Source: Bacteroidales bacterium | GTDB lineage: Bacteria; Bacteroidota; Bacteroidia; Bacteroidales; UBA932 | Direction: 5' to 3' | Assembly: GCA_024398365.1 (NCBI GenBank) | Contig: JAKSJG010000003.1 | Span: 20,960-84,959 of the forward strand | DNA: 64,000 nucleotides | Shown: positions 24,198-33,892 of the stretch, piece after piece | Layout of the letters: every line of letters starts with the position of its first letter | How positions within the stretch are numbered: the stretch's first letter is position 1 | The notes under the pieces: model-generated | What the model was told of the DNA's origin: nothing | The model's database searches: none | Seen by the model: the letters and a program-made list of their open reading frames with translations, nothing else | Position numbers and translations under genes: made by a program

Positions 24198-26300
24198 ATG
24201 GAAAACTCCGAGCTTTACATCGTAAAACGAGACGGAAAAAGCGCTGCGTTCGACATTAACAAGATCAAGAACGCCATCCGCAAGGCCTTCCTGGCCACAA
24301 ACAGCTATGCTACCGAAGAGGTCATCACAAGTATCCTGAGCCGTGTCAGCATCTCCAACGGCATGTCCGTGGAGGAGATTCAGAACCAGGTGGAGAACTC
24401 CCTGATGATCGAGAAGTACTACGCTGTGGCAAAGCATTACATGCTCTACCGCCAGAGACATACGGAAGACCGCGAGGTACGCGACCGTCTCAACTTCCTC
24501 ATTGATTACTGCTCAGCATCCAATCCTGCCACCGGCAGCAAGTACGACGCCAACGCAAACATCGAGAAGAAGAACATCGCAACCCTCATCGGCGAACTCC
24601 CGAAGCAGAGCTTCATCCGCCTCAACCGAAGGATGCTGACCGACCGCATCAAGGAGATGTACGGCAAGGAACTTTCCGACAAATATCTTGACCTGCTCAA
24701 CAAGCACTTTATCTACAAGAATGACGAGACCAGCCTCGCGAACTACTGCGCCAGCATCACCATGTACCCATGGCTCCTCCAGGGTACCATCCCTGTAGGA
24801 GGCAACAGCACGAGGCCTACCAACCTCAAGTCATTCTGCGGCGGCTTCGCCAACCTGGTATTCATCGTTTCCAGCATGTTGAGCGGCGCCTGCGCAACTC
24901 CTGAGTTCCTGATGTACATGAACTACTTCATCGAGATGGAGTACGGCGAGGACTATTACCTCCGTGCAGACGAGGTGGTGGATCTCTCCAAGAAGAAGCG
25001 CAGCATCGACAAGGTCATCACAGACTGCTTCGAGCAGATAGTATATACCATCAACCAGCCTACCGGAGCCCGCAACTTCCAGGCTGTGTTCTGGAACATA
25101 TCATATTATGACAAGTACTACTTCGAGAGCATCTTCGGAGAGTTCAGGTTCCCTGACGGCAGCCGCCCTCATTGGGATTCACTCAACTGGCTCCAGAAGC
25201 GCTTCATGAAGTGGTTCAACAAGGAGCGCACCAAGACCATCCTCACCTTCCCTGTGGAGACTATGGCTCTGCTGACAGAGAACGGCGACGCCAAGGATCC
25301 TGAGTACGCTGACTGGACAGCCCAGATGTATTCCGAAGGTCATTCATTCTTCACATACATGAGTGACAATGCCGACTCCCTCGCTTCCTGCTGCCGTCTG
25401 CGCAACGAGATCCAGGACAACGGCTTCAGCTACACCCTCGGCGCCGGCGGCGTTTCCACCGGTTCGAAGAGCGTGCTGACCATCAACCTCAACCGCTGCA
25501 TACAGTTCGCCGACAGGCAGGGCATACCTTACCTCGAGTATCTCGAAGAGGTCATCGACCTGATGCACAAGGTGCAGACCGCATACAACGAGAACCTGAA
25601 GTCCTTCTCTGAGAAGGGCATGCTGCCTCTCTTCGATTCAGGCTTCATCAATCTCAGCCGTCAGTACCTCACCATAGGTGTCAACGGTCTCGTGGAGGCT
25701 GCCGAATACCTCGGTATCCAGATCAATGACAATCCTCAGTACCTCAAGTTCGTCCAGGACGTGCTCGGCACCATCGAGAAATACAACAAGAAGTACCGCA
25801 GCAAGGAACTGATGTTCAACTGCGAAATGATCCCTGCGGAGAATGTGGGCGTGAAGCACGCCAAGTGGGACCGCGAAGACGGTTATGTCGTACCTCGCGA
25901 ATGCTACAACAGCTATTTCTATGTAGTTGAGGACGAATCCCTCAACATACTCGACAAGTTCCGCCTCCATGGCCGCGAATACATCGAGCATCTCACCGGC
26001 GGTTCGGCATTGCACATGAACCTTGAGGAGCACCTCAGCAAGGAGCAGTACCGCCAGCTGATCAGGGTGGCAGCCAAGGAAGGATGCAACTACTTCACCT
26101 TCAACATCCCTAACACCATCTGCAACGACTGCGGACACATAGACAAGCGCTACCTCCAGGAATGCCCTGAATGCCACAGCAGGAACATCGACTACGCCAC
26201 CCGTATCATCGGATACATGAAGCGTATCAGCTGCTTCTCACAGGCAAGACAGAAAGAGGCTGCAAGGCGCTACTATGCCAGCCAGCAGAGATTGAAATAA
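24198..26300 (+). CDS. nrdD: Anaerobic ribonucleoside-triphosphate reductase (class III RNR)
   Basis: 700 aa with an N-terminal ATP-cone (YIVKRDGKSAAFDINKIKNAIRKAF). The C-terminal zinc site is CNDCGH...CPECHS, and the glycyl-radical motif is ATRIIGYMKRI. Confidence 0.95.
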   Translation: MENSELYIVKRDGKSAAFDINKIKNAIRKAFLATNSYATEEVITSILSRVSISNGMSVEEIQNQVENSLMIEKYYAVAKHYMLYRQRHTEDREVRDRLNFLIDYCSASNPATGSKYDANANIEKKNIATLIGELPKQSFIRLNRRMLTDRIKEMYGKELSDKYLDLLNKHFIYKNDETSLANYCASITMYPWLLQGTIPVGGNSTRPTNLKSFCGGFANLVFIVSSMLSGACATPEFLMYMNYFIEMEYGEDYYLRADEVVDLSKKKRSIDKVITDCFEQIVYTINQPTGARNFQAVFWNISYYDKYYFESIFGEFRFPDGSRPHWDSLNWLQKRFMKWFNKERTKTILTFPVETMALLTENGDAKDPEYADWTAQMYSEGHSFFTYMSDNADSLASCCRLRNEIQDNGFSYTLGAGGVSTGSKSVLTINLNRCIQFADRQGIPYLEYLEEVIDLMHKVQTAYNENLKSFSEKGMLPLFDSGFINLSRQYLTIGVNGLVEAAEYLGIQINDNPQYLKFVQDVLGTIEKYNKKYRSKELMFNCEMIPAENVGVKHAKWDREDGYVVPRECYNSYFYVVEDESLNILDKFRLHGREYIEHLTGGSALHMNLEEHLSKEQYRQLIRVAAKEGCNYFTFNIPNTICNDCGHIDKRYLQECPECHSRNIDYATRIIGYMKRISCFSQARQKEAARRYYASQQRLK

Positions 26301-26776
26301 TGCTGAAATATTACAATTACGATATAGTATTCCAGGAAATACCTGACGAGACGACGCTTGCGGTCAACCTTACCGGATGTCCGTTTACCTGCGAAGGTTG
26401 CCACAGCCCTCATCTCCGTCAAGACATCGGAGAGCCTCTTACGCAAGAGGCTCTTCTTTCTGTTCTCGGCCGTTACAGAGGAGAGGTCACCTGCATCTGC
26501 CTGATGGGCGGCGATGCGCATCCTCTCGAAGTCCAGGAGATTGCCGGCTGGATACGCAGCGGCCTCAAGCTGAAGAGCGGCTGGTATTCGGGTGCGGCAA
26601 AGCTCGCGGAAGGCGTGGACACACGCCACTTCGACTATATCAAGATCGGTCCGTACATCGCCGCGAAGGGTGGCCTGAGCAGCGGGCAGACCAACCAGAG
26701 GCTCTACATGGTGGAGGCCGACGGCAGCCTGACGGACATCACATACAAGTTCGCGAAAAAGAACAAGCCACTTTAG
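26300..26776 (+). CDS. nrdG: Anaerobic RNR activating protein (radical SAM)
   Basis: The start is trimmed to the ATG at 26300 (TAATG overlap with the nrdD stop): MLKYYNYDIVFQEIPDETTLAVNLTGCPFTCEGCHSPHL. This is a CxxxCxxC radical-SAM cluster in the NrdG context. Confidence 0.9.
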   Translation: MLKYYNYDIVFQEIPDETTLAVNLTGCPFTCEGCHSPHLRQDIGEPLTQEALLSVLGRYRGEVTCICLMGGDAHPLEVQEIAGWIRSGLKLKSGWYSGAAKLAEGVDTRHFDYIKIGPYIAAKGGLSSGQTNQRLYMVEADGSLTDITYKFAKKNKPL

Positions 26777-26785
26777 ACTACGGCT

Positions 26786-27793
26786 ATGAGCGCAAGGACC
26801 AGGACTACGGCAATCACAGTGACCGCCATCGCGGTCATTCTGCTTTTTGCCGCCAATCTGGTATTCGGAGCGGTCAGGATACCGATCCGGGACGTGCTTG
26901 GCATACTTGCCGGATCTTTCGACGGCCGTCCATCCTGGTCGGAGATAGTGCTGCATTCGCGCCTGCCGCAGGCCGTGACGGCGCTGCTGGCCGGAGCATC
27001 CCTGGCCTGCGCCGGACTGATGCTGCAGACTCTCTTCCACAATCCTCTGGCAGGCCCGTCCATACTGGGTATCAGCGACGGCGCCAATCTGGGCGTCGCC
27101 ATAGTGATGATATACTTCGCATCCACCAGCTACATATCCTCCATACTGGCGGCATTTGTCGGTGCAGCCGCGATACTGGTGGTGATAATATGGTTCTCCC
27201 GCAAGCTGCGCAACAATGTGATGCTGCTGATTGTCGGCATAATGGTGGGCTATCTGGCATCCTCGCTCATCTCCATACTCAATTTCCGGGCATCGGCGGA
27301 CAAGGTGCATCAGTTCGTGATGTGGGGGATGGGTGATTTCAGCGCAGTATCGGTAGAGAAGCTGCCGGTCTATGCCGCAGTGGTGCTCGCGGGGCTTGTC
27401 CTTGCGCTGCTGCTGACCAAACCGCTGAACACACTGCTGCTGGGTGAATCCTATGCCTCCAACCTGGGCGTCAACGTGCGCCGCGCGAGGCTTCTCATAC
27501 TGCTGTGCACGGGCATACTGACCGCGGCCACCACGGCATTCTGCGGACCGGTGTCCTTCATCGGCCTTGCAGTGCCGCACATCGCGCGCCTGCTGCTCGG
27601 CTCCTCCAACCACAAGGCCCTGCTGCCGCTGACCATACTTTCCGGCGCGGGAATCGCCCTGCTGTGCAACCTCATCACGGTTCTGCCGGGACAGGGCGGA
27701 GTGCTGCCTCTGAGCGCCGTGACCCCTCTGGTGGGAGCTCCGGTGATAATATATGTGATAGTCAACCGCAGAAACATTCAATATTTCAACTGA
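26786..27793 (+). CDS. FecCD/BtuC-family ABC importer permease (iron-chelate, heme or corrinoid type)
   Basis: 335 aa and polytopic. FecCD-family motifs are present (LLAGASLACAGLMLQTLFHNPLAGPSILGIS..., GESYASNLGVNV, FIGLAVPHIARLL). Confidence 0.9.
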   Translation: MSARTRTTAITVTAIAVILLFAANLVFGAVRIPIRDVLGILAGSFDGRPSWSEIVLHSRLPQAVTALLAGASLACAGLMLQTLFHNPLAGPSILGISDGANLGVAIVMIYFASTSYISSILAAFVGAAAILVVIIWFSRKLRNNVMLLIVGIMVGYLASSLISILNFRASADKVHQFVMWGMGDFSAVSVEKLPVYAAVVLAGLVLALLLTKPLNTLLLGESYASNLGVNVRRARLLILLCTGILTAATTAFCGPVSFIGLAVPHIARLLLGSSNHKALLPLTILSGAGIALLCNLITVLPGQGGVLPLSAVTPLVGAPVIIYVIVNRRNIQYFN

Positions 27794-28581
27794 TGGGAAA
27801 TGCCGCCATACTTGAGACCTGCGCACTGGGCATAGGCTACCGCCTCGGGAAAAAGGGGGAGGTGGTGGTGCATCCCGGTCTGGACCTGCAGCTGCGCGAA
27901 GGGGAGCTGACCTGCCTGCTGGGCCTGAACGGAGCCGGCAAATCCACTCTCATCAGGACGCTCTGCGGCTTGATCCCACCACTTTCAGGGGAGATTACGC
28001 TCTGCGGAAAGGCCCTCGCAGAGTACTCCCAATCCGAATTCTCACGCACTGTAGGCGTGGTGCTGACGGACCCGACATCTGCCGGCGGCATCACGGTTCG
28101 CGAACTGGTGGCGCTGGGACGCTATCCGCATACCGGTTTCTTCGGCCGCCTCGGCGCGCATGACTACGAGGTGGTGGACAAGGCTCTGGAGTCGGTAGGC
28201 ATAGCGCACAAGGCCGCTTCATTCGTGGCCGACCTGAGTGACGGAGAGAGGCAGAAGGCCTTCGTGGCCAAGGCCCTGGCCCAGGAATGTCCGCTTGTCA
28301 TACTTGATGAACCCACCGCTTTTCTGGACGTGACAAGCCGTGTGGGGATGATGGCCCTGCTGCGCAGAATCGCCCACGAAGAAGGTCGCAGCATACTGCT
28401 GTCCACGCACGATCTGGATGCCGCACTGGATTTCGCGGACAATCTCTGGCTTCAGGACAAGTCATCGCCCATGCTCTGCGGCAGTCCTTCGGAGCTGCTT
28501 GAGGACGGTTCCCTCGAGCGTTTCTTCTCGCGGGACGGACTGCGTTTCGATGCGCAGCAGCGCAGGATAATCGCTATCTGA
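27793..28581 (+). CDS. ABC importer ATP-binding protein (FepC/BtuD-like)
   Basis: The start is trimmed to the ATG at 27793 (TGATG overlap with the permease stop). Walker A is GLNGAGKSTL, the signature is LSDGERQKAFVAKAL and Walker B is LVILDEPTAFLD. Confidence 0.9.
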   Translation: MGNAAILETCALGIGYRLGKKGEVVVHPGLDLQLREGELTCLLGLNGAGKSTLIRTLCGLIPPLSGEITLCGKALAEYSQSEFSRTVGVVLTDPTSAGGITVRELVALGRYPHTGFFGRLGAHDYEVVDKALESVGIAHKAASFVADLSDGERQKAFVAKALAQECPLVILDEPTAFLDVTSRVGMMALLRRIAHEEGRSILLSTHDLDAALDFADNLWLQDKSSPMLCGSPSELLEDGSLERFFSRDGLRFDAQQRRIIAI

Positions 28582-29734
28582 GCGGCTTGTAATATCTCGG
28601 TTCATAGTCCGGAAGAAGCTCCGGATGGTAGATGTGTATCAGGTCTTCCAGCAGCCAGTCCGGGTGGAAGGTGATATCGTCATAATAGCTGCAGTATGCG
28701 GAGTTGCAGGCGTAGATCTTTCTGTCGTGCCAGGCCGTGAAATTGGCGTACGGCTCGTATTCAAGCTTGAGGCTGGCGTATGTGTAATCGCTCGCTGCGT
28801 TGTACTTGAAGAGCCACAGATCGCAGTCCGCCGCCTTGTCATAGACCGTCTCATAGGAGAGCTGGGCCACGTTGCCCCTGCCGCTTATGTCAGCGAATAT
28901 GTAGTCCGCTCCCGCGTCGCGGTGAATGACACCAATGTAGCAGTCCCCCGACGGCACTGGCCAGGAAGGGCCGTATTTCTTCTCCAGAAGGACGGTCGGG
29001 CGCTCAGCCGCAGCGGCGGCGAGTGCCTTGAGATGGTTGTAACGCTCCTCCGTGGCCTTGAATGCCGCCACGGCCTCTTCATTGCGGCCGAAGAGCAGGC
29101 CGTAGAAGCGCAGCCATTCGCTGCGTCCCAGCGGATGGTCTTCCATATAGTCGGCGGCCTCCACTATGGGCACGCCTGTCTTTTCTGCGGCGCCGTAGCC
29201 GCTGTTCTCGAAGGGTGATGCTATGATGACATCAGCCCCGAGGTCAATGATCTTCTCAATGTCAGGGGCCGTGGAAGGGCCCAGGTCTGCGATGCGTCCG
29301 TCACTGATGCGGGAGAGCACCGCTTCGGAAGTGATGTACTGTTTCTCGCATACACCCACCACATGGTCGAGGCAGCCCAGCTGGTCAGCCATGGCCGCAT
29401 GCACGGTGGTATAAATGACCGCGCGCTGCACAGGCACACGTATCACGGTGCCTTCGGGAAGATTGTCGGGCAGGGCCTTGTCCCTGTCCACCAGCAGGTA
29501 GCTGCGGCGCACACGGGTGCTGTCCCACGGGTCGCGCAGGGTCACGGCCGTGTAGCCGTCCTCCTGCACGATGGCAAGGTTGGACGCGTATTTCAAGCCG
29601 CCCCGCTCAGCGGGAAATGCGGCCCCGCTGCCGCTCCTGCCGCCATTGCAGGCGCAGATGAGCAGGAGCAATATCGCAAAAGAGCCAATCCTGACAGACT
29701 GGCTCTTTGCTGATATTGTTGATTTAAGACTCAT
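28574..29734 (-). CDS. Periplasmic-binding-protein (BtuF/FecB-type) lipoprotein for the adjacent ABC importer
   Basis: It has a signal sequence and lipobox (LLLLICACNG) and PBP type-2 features (VVGVCE..., IIDLGADVIIASPFE). It is convergent with, and overlaps by 8 nt, the ATPase gene. Confidence 0.8.
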   Translation of the reverse strand: MSLKSTISAKSQSVRIGSFAILLLLICACNGGRSGSGAAFPAERGGLKYASNLAIVQEDGYTAVTLRDPWDSTRVRRSYLLVDRDKALPDNLPEGTVIRVPVQRAVIYTTVHAAMADQLGCLDHVVGVCEKQYITSEAVLSRISDGRIADLGPSTAPDIEKIIDLGADVIIASPFENSGYGAAEKTGVPIVEAADYMEDHPLGRSEWLRFYGLLFGRNEEAVAAFKATEERYNHLKALAAAAAERPTVLLEKKYGPSWPVPSGDCYIGVIHRDAGADYIFADISGRGNVAQLSYETVYDKAADCDLWLFKYNAASDYTYASLKLEYEPYANFTAWHDRKIYACNSAYCSYYDDITFHPDWLLEDLIHIYHPELLPDYEPRYYKPLR

Positions 29735-31386
29735 TATCTGAGAATCTTCGCGAACTCAACGTCCTTGGCTACGCGCTCTGCGAGCTGGGCGTTCTTCTTG
29801 ACCTTCTCAAGTTCAGCCTTTGCTGCTGCAGCGTCACCCTTGCGTGAAGCGATGATAGCCTTCAGGTAAGATGACTTAGGGCAGTCGCAGGTGATCTTCT
29901 TGGCAGCGCCGTCGAGGTTGTTGTTGAGGATGTCAGCGAGGGCTGCGTTGAAGCCCTTGGCGTCCTTGAGCTTGGCAGCTGCATCAGCGTACTTGCCGGT
30001 GAGCATGTCAACGATGGCTGCATTAGGCTTGGCGATCTCGCCGGCCTCGTTGAAGAGCTTTGCAGCTTCGTCAATCTTGTTGGCACGGAGAGCGATGACA
30101 CCCATGATGTTCTTGTATGCATCGGATGCCTTGTCCTTCATGGCTGCGAGGTAACCCTTGGCGTCCTTGTCATTGTTGTCGCGGAGAGCGCAGATGGCAG
30201 CGTTGTACTTTGCACGGTCGCTGTCAAATCTTGTGATGGCCTTCTTGTAAGCGGCAAGCTTTGCCTTGTTGTCCTTCACGAGGGTAGCGGCACGCAGGAG
30301 AGCCTCCTCATCGAGAGCTTCGCTGTTGTTGTCGAGGAGAGTTGTCAGCTCGTCAGCGGTGAAGTTTGCGTATTCAACGTTGGTGATGAAACGTGCACGG
30401 CGGAGTTCAGGGAGAACCTGGTCAGCGAGTGAAGTGTAAACTGATGACATGTTTCTGATCTCGCGTTCGCGAACCTCAGGGTCGCTGTACATTGAGAGCA
30501 CGCGGAGGATGAGTTCCTTGTCTTCAATGTTGGAGTTCTTCACGAGTTCCTGGAAGCCGTCCCAGTCCTCAGCGATGCTGCGGGTGGTGACATTGCCGGC
30601 GTCAACCTTCTTTGTAACCTGGTCGAATGCCTTCTTGGCTGACTTCTCGCGGTCAGATGAGAGTTTGTCGTTGATGCTGTATGAACCGTCAGGTGAAGCG
30701 TAAGCCACGATCTCGGTACCCTTCACGGTGCGGCGTGCATCGCTCTCGAGAGCCTTGAGGGCATCTACGAATCTCTTGATGTCATCGCTCTTGATCTCTG
30801 AATCACGAACCTCTGAGCGTCCGATCTTGTAAAGGATCTGAGCCTCTTCCTTCTGAGGGATGATCTCCTGGTAGTTGTCAGCCATCATAGGGAGGTTGCT
30901 GACGCCTGAAGCATCAACGAGAGTATAGGTGGTGTTCACACCGTCAGCGATCTTGATGTCAGCAGGGTAGGTGTATTCATTGCCCTTGTAGTAAACCTTT
31001 GCGCGTGCAACGAGTTCTGATTTCTCCATACCCGGAACGAAATCGAACTGTATCTTCTCACTGATGGTTGCACCGTCCTTTGATACTGACTTGTAGTTGT
31101 CAGTGATCTTCTCACCCTGATACATGAATGGCTTGCCGGCAACTTCGCCACCTACATAGATGATGACAGGAGTCACTTCGAGAGTAGCCTTAGGGAGGAA
31201 GTATTCCTCAGGGAAGGTGACGTCAACTGTAGCGTTGATCTTGCCGCCCACTGCCTCGAGCACTTCAGGATTGCATTTGATCTTGATCTTGTCGGCCGCT
31301 TCAGCCATCTTAGCTGCATTGTTGCAGGATGATGCAAGCAGCATCACACCCGCTGCGAGCAAAAGCGATTTGAAAATTCTTTTCAT
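29734..31386 (-). CDS. Lipoprotein of unknown function with C-terminal TPR-like helical repeats
   Basis: The lipobox is LLASSCN. A mid-region segment, EIVAYASPDGSYSINDKLSSDREKSAKKAF, is faintly OmpA_C-like. The Ala/Lys-rich helical C-terminal repeats look TPR-like. Its stop overlaps the start of the binding-protein gene by 1 nt (TAATG). Confidence 0.65.
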   Translation of the reverse strand: MKRIFKSLLLAAGVMLLASSCNNAAKMAEAADKIKIKCNPEVLEAVGGKINATVDVTFPEEYFLPKATLEVTPVIIYVGGEVAGKPFMYQGEKITDNYKSVSKDGATISEKIQFDFVPGMEKSELVARAKVYYKGNEYTYPADIKIADGVNTTYTLVDASGVSNLPMMADNYQEIIPQKEEAQILYKIGRSEVRDSEIKSDDIKRFVDALKALESDARRTVKGTEIVAYASPDGSYSINDKLSSDREKSAKKAFDQVTKKVDAGNVTTRSIAEDWDGFQELVKNSNIEDKELILRVLSMYSDPEVREREIRNMSSVYTSLADQVLPELRRARFITNVEYANFTADELTTLLDNNSEALDEEALLRAATLVKDNKAKLAAYKKAITRFDSDRAKYNAAICALRDNNDKDAKGYLAAMKDKASDAYKNIMGVIALRANKIDEAAKLFNEAGEIAKPNAAIVDMLTGKYADAAAKLKDAKGFNAALADILNNNLDGAAKKITCDCPKSSYLKAIIASRKGDAAAAKAELEKVKKNAQLAERVAKDVEFAKILR

Positions 31387-31471
31387 AATGTTATTTGAAG
31401 TAATAATTTCTTTGTGAAAATGGTAGTCTGCAAATATAATGTAATTTTTTGGACTGACATAGCGGCTCGGG

Positions 31472-32488
31472 CTATTTGGCTATCTTGCCGTCCTTGAAGG
31501 TGCATTTGTACTGAGTGCGGCCGCCGTCTTCGCGTATCCATGTGGTGAATGCGCGTTCCCCTTCCTTGACGGAAATGATCCTCGCGCCGTGAGGGAGGTG
31601 GTTATATACCGTGCCGTCGCCGCTGTAGCGTCCGTATGCGAGGGCTATACCGTAGTAAGGCACGATGTAGTCGCTGTCATGGTCATGGCCGCAGAATATG
31701 CCGATGATGTTGCCGGCCTCCAGCATTGCGGTGAACATTCCGGAATTGATCTTCGGGTGGCCGCCGTATTCGCCGCGCAGGCCAAGTCCGGCCTTCTTGC
31801 GGGAATCTTCAGTCAACTTCCAGGCATCGTAGAACTCCGGGAGCGGAATATGGAAAAATGCGAATGAAGGCACATGGTTGCCGCCGTTGGCCTCGGTTGC
31901 CGCGTTGCACCGGTCCCTCATCCAGATTATCTGGTCGAGGGTGAGCCAGGCGTAGCCACCCACCTGTTTCTTCTTCGAATATTGGTGCGAGTCGAAGAAA
32001 TACAGGTCCAGCGGGTCGCTGCCCGGGTTGACGGTGGATCCGACAGGGATGCGCACGTCGGCGAGCTCGCCCTTGCTGTCGAGGGTGTTGACGCTGTATC
32101 TGGCCGAGGCTATCATCTGCGACATCTCGGCGCGGCTCATGTCCTGCTCCGGATCGTGGTTGCCATATACTATGCAGAAAGGAAGCCTGTATGAATCGAG
32201 TTTGTCGAGTATGCTCTGCAGCAGAGCCTTCGAAGGCTTTTTGCCGTAGATGACATCGCCGGTGATGGCGATGAAATCTGGTTTCTCGGTTTCCACCATA
32301 TAGTCCATCCTTGCAAAGGTCTTCTCGGACTCTTCAGGTCTGTCGGCCACGAAATGCAGGTCTGTGAGATGGAGGATCCTGAATTCACCTTCCTGATTGA
32401 ATCTGACTTCAGGGCGGGCCTTCCCCCTGGCGCAGATGCATCCCGCCGTCAGGGCGAGAGCGAACAAAACAGTAAATAATTTCTTCAT
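31472..32488 (-). CDS. Calcineurin-like metallophosphoesterase (exported)
   Basis: It has a signal peptide and the motifs ILHLTDLHF, ITGDVIYG, VYGNHD, FFHIPL and GHDHDSDY, which are the canonical metallophosphoesterase metal ligands. Confidence 0.9.
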   Translation of the reverse strand: MKKLFTVLFALALTAGCICARGKARPEVRFNQEGEFRILHLTDLHFVADRPEESEKTFARMDYMVETEKPDFIAITGDVIYGKKPSKALLQSILDKLDSYRLPFCIVYGNHDPEQDMSRAEMSQMIASARYSVNTLDSKGELADVRIPVGSTVNPGSDPLDLYFFDSHQYSKKKQVGGYAWLTLDQIIWMRDRCNAATEANGGNHVPSFAFFHIPLPEFYDAWKLTEDSRKKAGLGLRGEYGGHPKINSGMFTAMLEAGNIIGIFCGHDHDSDYIVPYYGIALAYGRYSGDGTVYNHLPHGARIISVKEGERAFTTWIREDGGRTQYKCTFKDGKIAK

Positions 32489-32601
32489 ATTGCTTCAATC
32501 TATATTGCGAATTTAATGAAACTATAGGTAAGAGAGGCAATTTTTTTAGTACATTTGTTGGATATTAACGGAATATTATCCTTTAAAACAATAAATCCAT
32601 T

Positions 32602-33870
32602 ATGAAAAGACTCGTTAAAGCAGCTCTCGCACTGACACTTTTCCTCAGCGCGGGCATCTCGTACGTATCTAATGCGTGCACAAGTATCATCGTTTCCGGC
32701 AAGGCTACCGAAGACGGCCGCCCAATTATGTGGAAAAACCGTGATGCAGGCGGACAGAATATGATGTATTTCTTCAACAAGAAGGACGTGAAGGGTGCAA
32801 AGTACTCTTTCATCGGTGTTGTAGGTTCAGGTGCGACAAAGACTCCTGGTTCCCTCTGGGGCGGTACCAACGAGAAGGGTCTCTGCATCATGAATACAAT
32901 GTCCTACAATGTAGATATCAAGCCTATCGTAGGCAAGACAAGCTCAGGTAACGGTCCTATCCAGAAGGCTCTCCTTGCAAACTGCGCTACAGTTGACGAG
33001 GTTGAGGCATATCTCAAGGCCCTCCCTCAGCCTACAGGACTTACCACCAACCTCGGCGCAATCGACGCACAGGGCAACTGCGCATATTTCGAGTGCTACA
33101 GCTACGGTTTCAAGAAGTATGACGTCAATGACCCTGAAGTAGCTCCGGACGGATACATCGTACGCAGCAACTACTCCATCTCCAACAGGCCTGTCCTCGA
33201 AGGTCACGGCCAGATCCGCTATATGGAGGCTGAGCGTCAGATCCGTCACGCCATCGCAGACGGCAAGGTAAACGTTGACTACTTCTTCAACAATATCGCC
33301 CGTTCATTCTGCAACCCTTACCTCGGTGTTGACCTCAAGAGCGGCAATTTCAACAAGCCTAAGACCAATGGCTGGTATGTTGACGAAGACTTCATCACAC
33401 GCTACTCATCATTGAGCAGCATGATTTTCCAGGGCGTCCTCCCTACAGAGAAGCCTGAGCTCACCACCATGTGGACCATCATCGGCTACCCTGCAGCTAC
33501 AGTCTGCGTCCCTGTATGGGAAAAGGGCGGCGCTGAAGGCATCCCTGCACAGCTTGCTCCTAACGCTGACAGGAAGTCAACAATGGCCAACAATGCAAAG
33601 ATCCTCCGCGACAAGGTTTACTCCTTCGCAGTCGATACTTCAGACAAGAGACCTACCAAGTACTTCAACTGGGAAGAGCTCTTCAACCTCCAGGGCACAG
33701 GTATAATGCAGAAGTGTCTCGCCAAGGAAGCTGAGATACTCCCTCCTTACAAGGCAGCCCTCGAAGGCTGGCGCAAGGCCAACAAGGTGAACGCAAAGCA
33801 GATCATCGAACTCAACAAGGTTACCGACGAAGCCCTCGCAGCATTCTACAAAGAGGAATTCGGACTCTAA
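32602..33870 (+). CDS. Exported Ntn-hydrolase-type cysteine hydrolase (C45/C69-like)
   Basis: The signal peptide ends ...YVSNA, followed by CTSIIVSGKATEDGRPIMWKNRD. A Cys immediately after the cleavage site is the Ntn nucleophile pattern, and a GTNEKGLCIM motif is also present. The exact family was not resolved by eye. Confidence 0.65.
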   Translation: MKRLVKAALALTLFLSAGISYVSNACTSIIVSGKATEDGRPIMWKNRDAGGQNMMYFFNKKDVKGAKYSFIGVVGSGATKTPGSLWGGTNEKGLCIMNTMSYNVDIKPIVGKTSSGNGPIQKALLANCATVDEVEAYLKALPQPTGLTTNLGAIDAQGNCAYFECYSYGFKKYDVNDPEVAPDGYIVRSNYSISNRPVLEGHGQIRYMEAERQIRHAIADGKVNVDYFFNNIARSFCNPYLGVDLKSGNFNKPKTNGWYVDEDFITRYSSLSSMIFQGVLPTEKPELTTMWTIIGYPAATVCVPVWEKGGAEGIPAQLAPNADRKSTMANNAKILRDKVYSFAVDTSDKRPTKYFNWEELFNLQGTGIMQKCLAKEAEILPPYKAALEGWRKANKVNAKQIIELNKVTDEALAAFYKEEFGL

Positions 33871-33892
33871 TATTTAAAAACAACATATCCAG

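Noticed and set aside
26273-27826. A 517-aa minus-strand ORF, the longest unexplained ORF in the track.
   Set aside because: It lies entirely antisense to nrdG and the FecCD permease, both of which have clear family motifs. The product is Arg/Gly/His/Gln-rich and low-complexity with no recognisable motif. This is a typical GC-rich shadow ORF.
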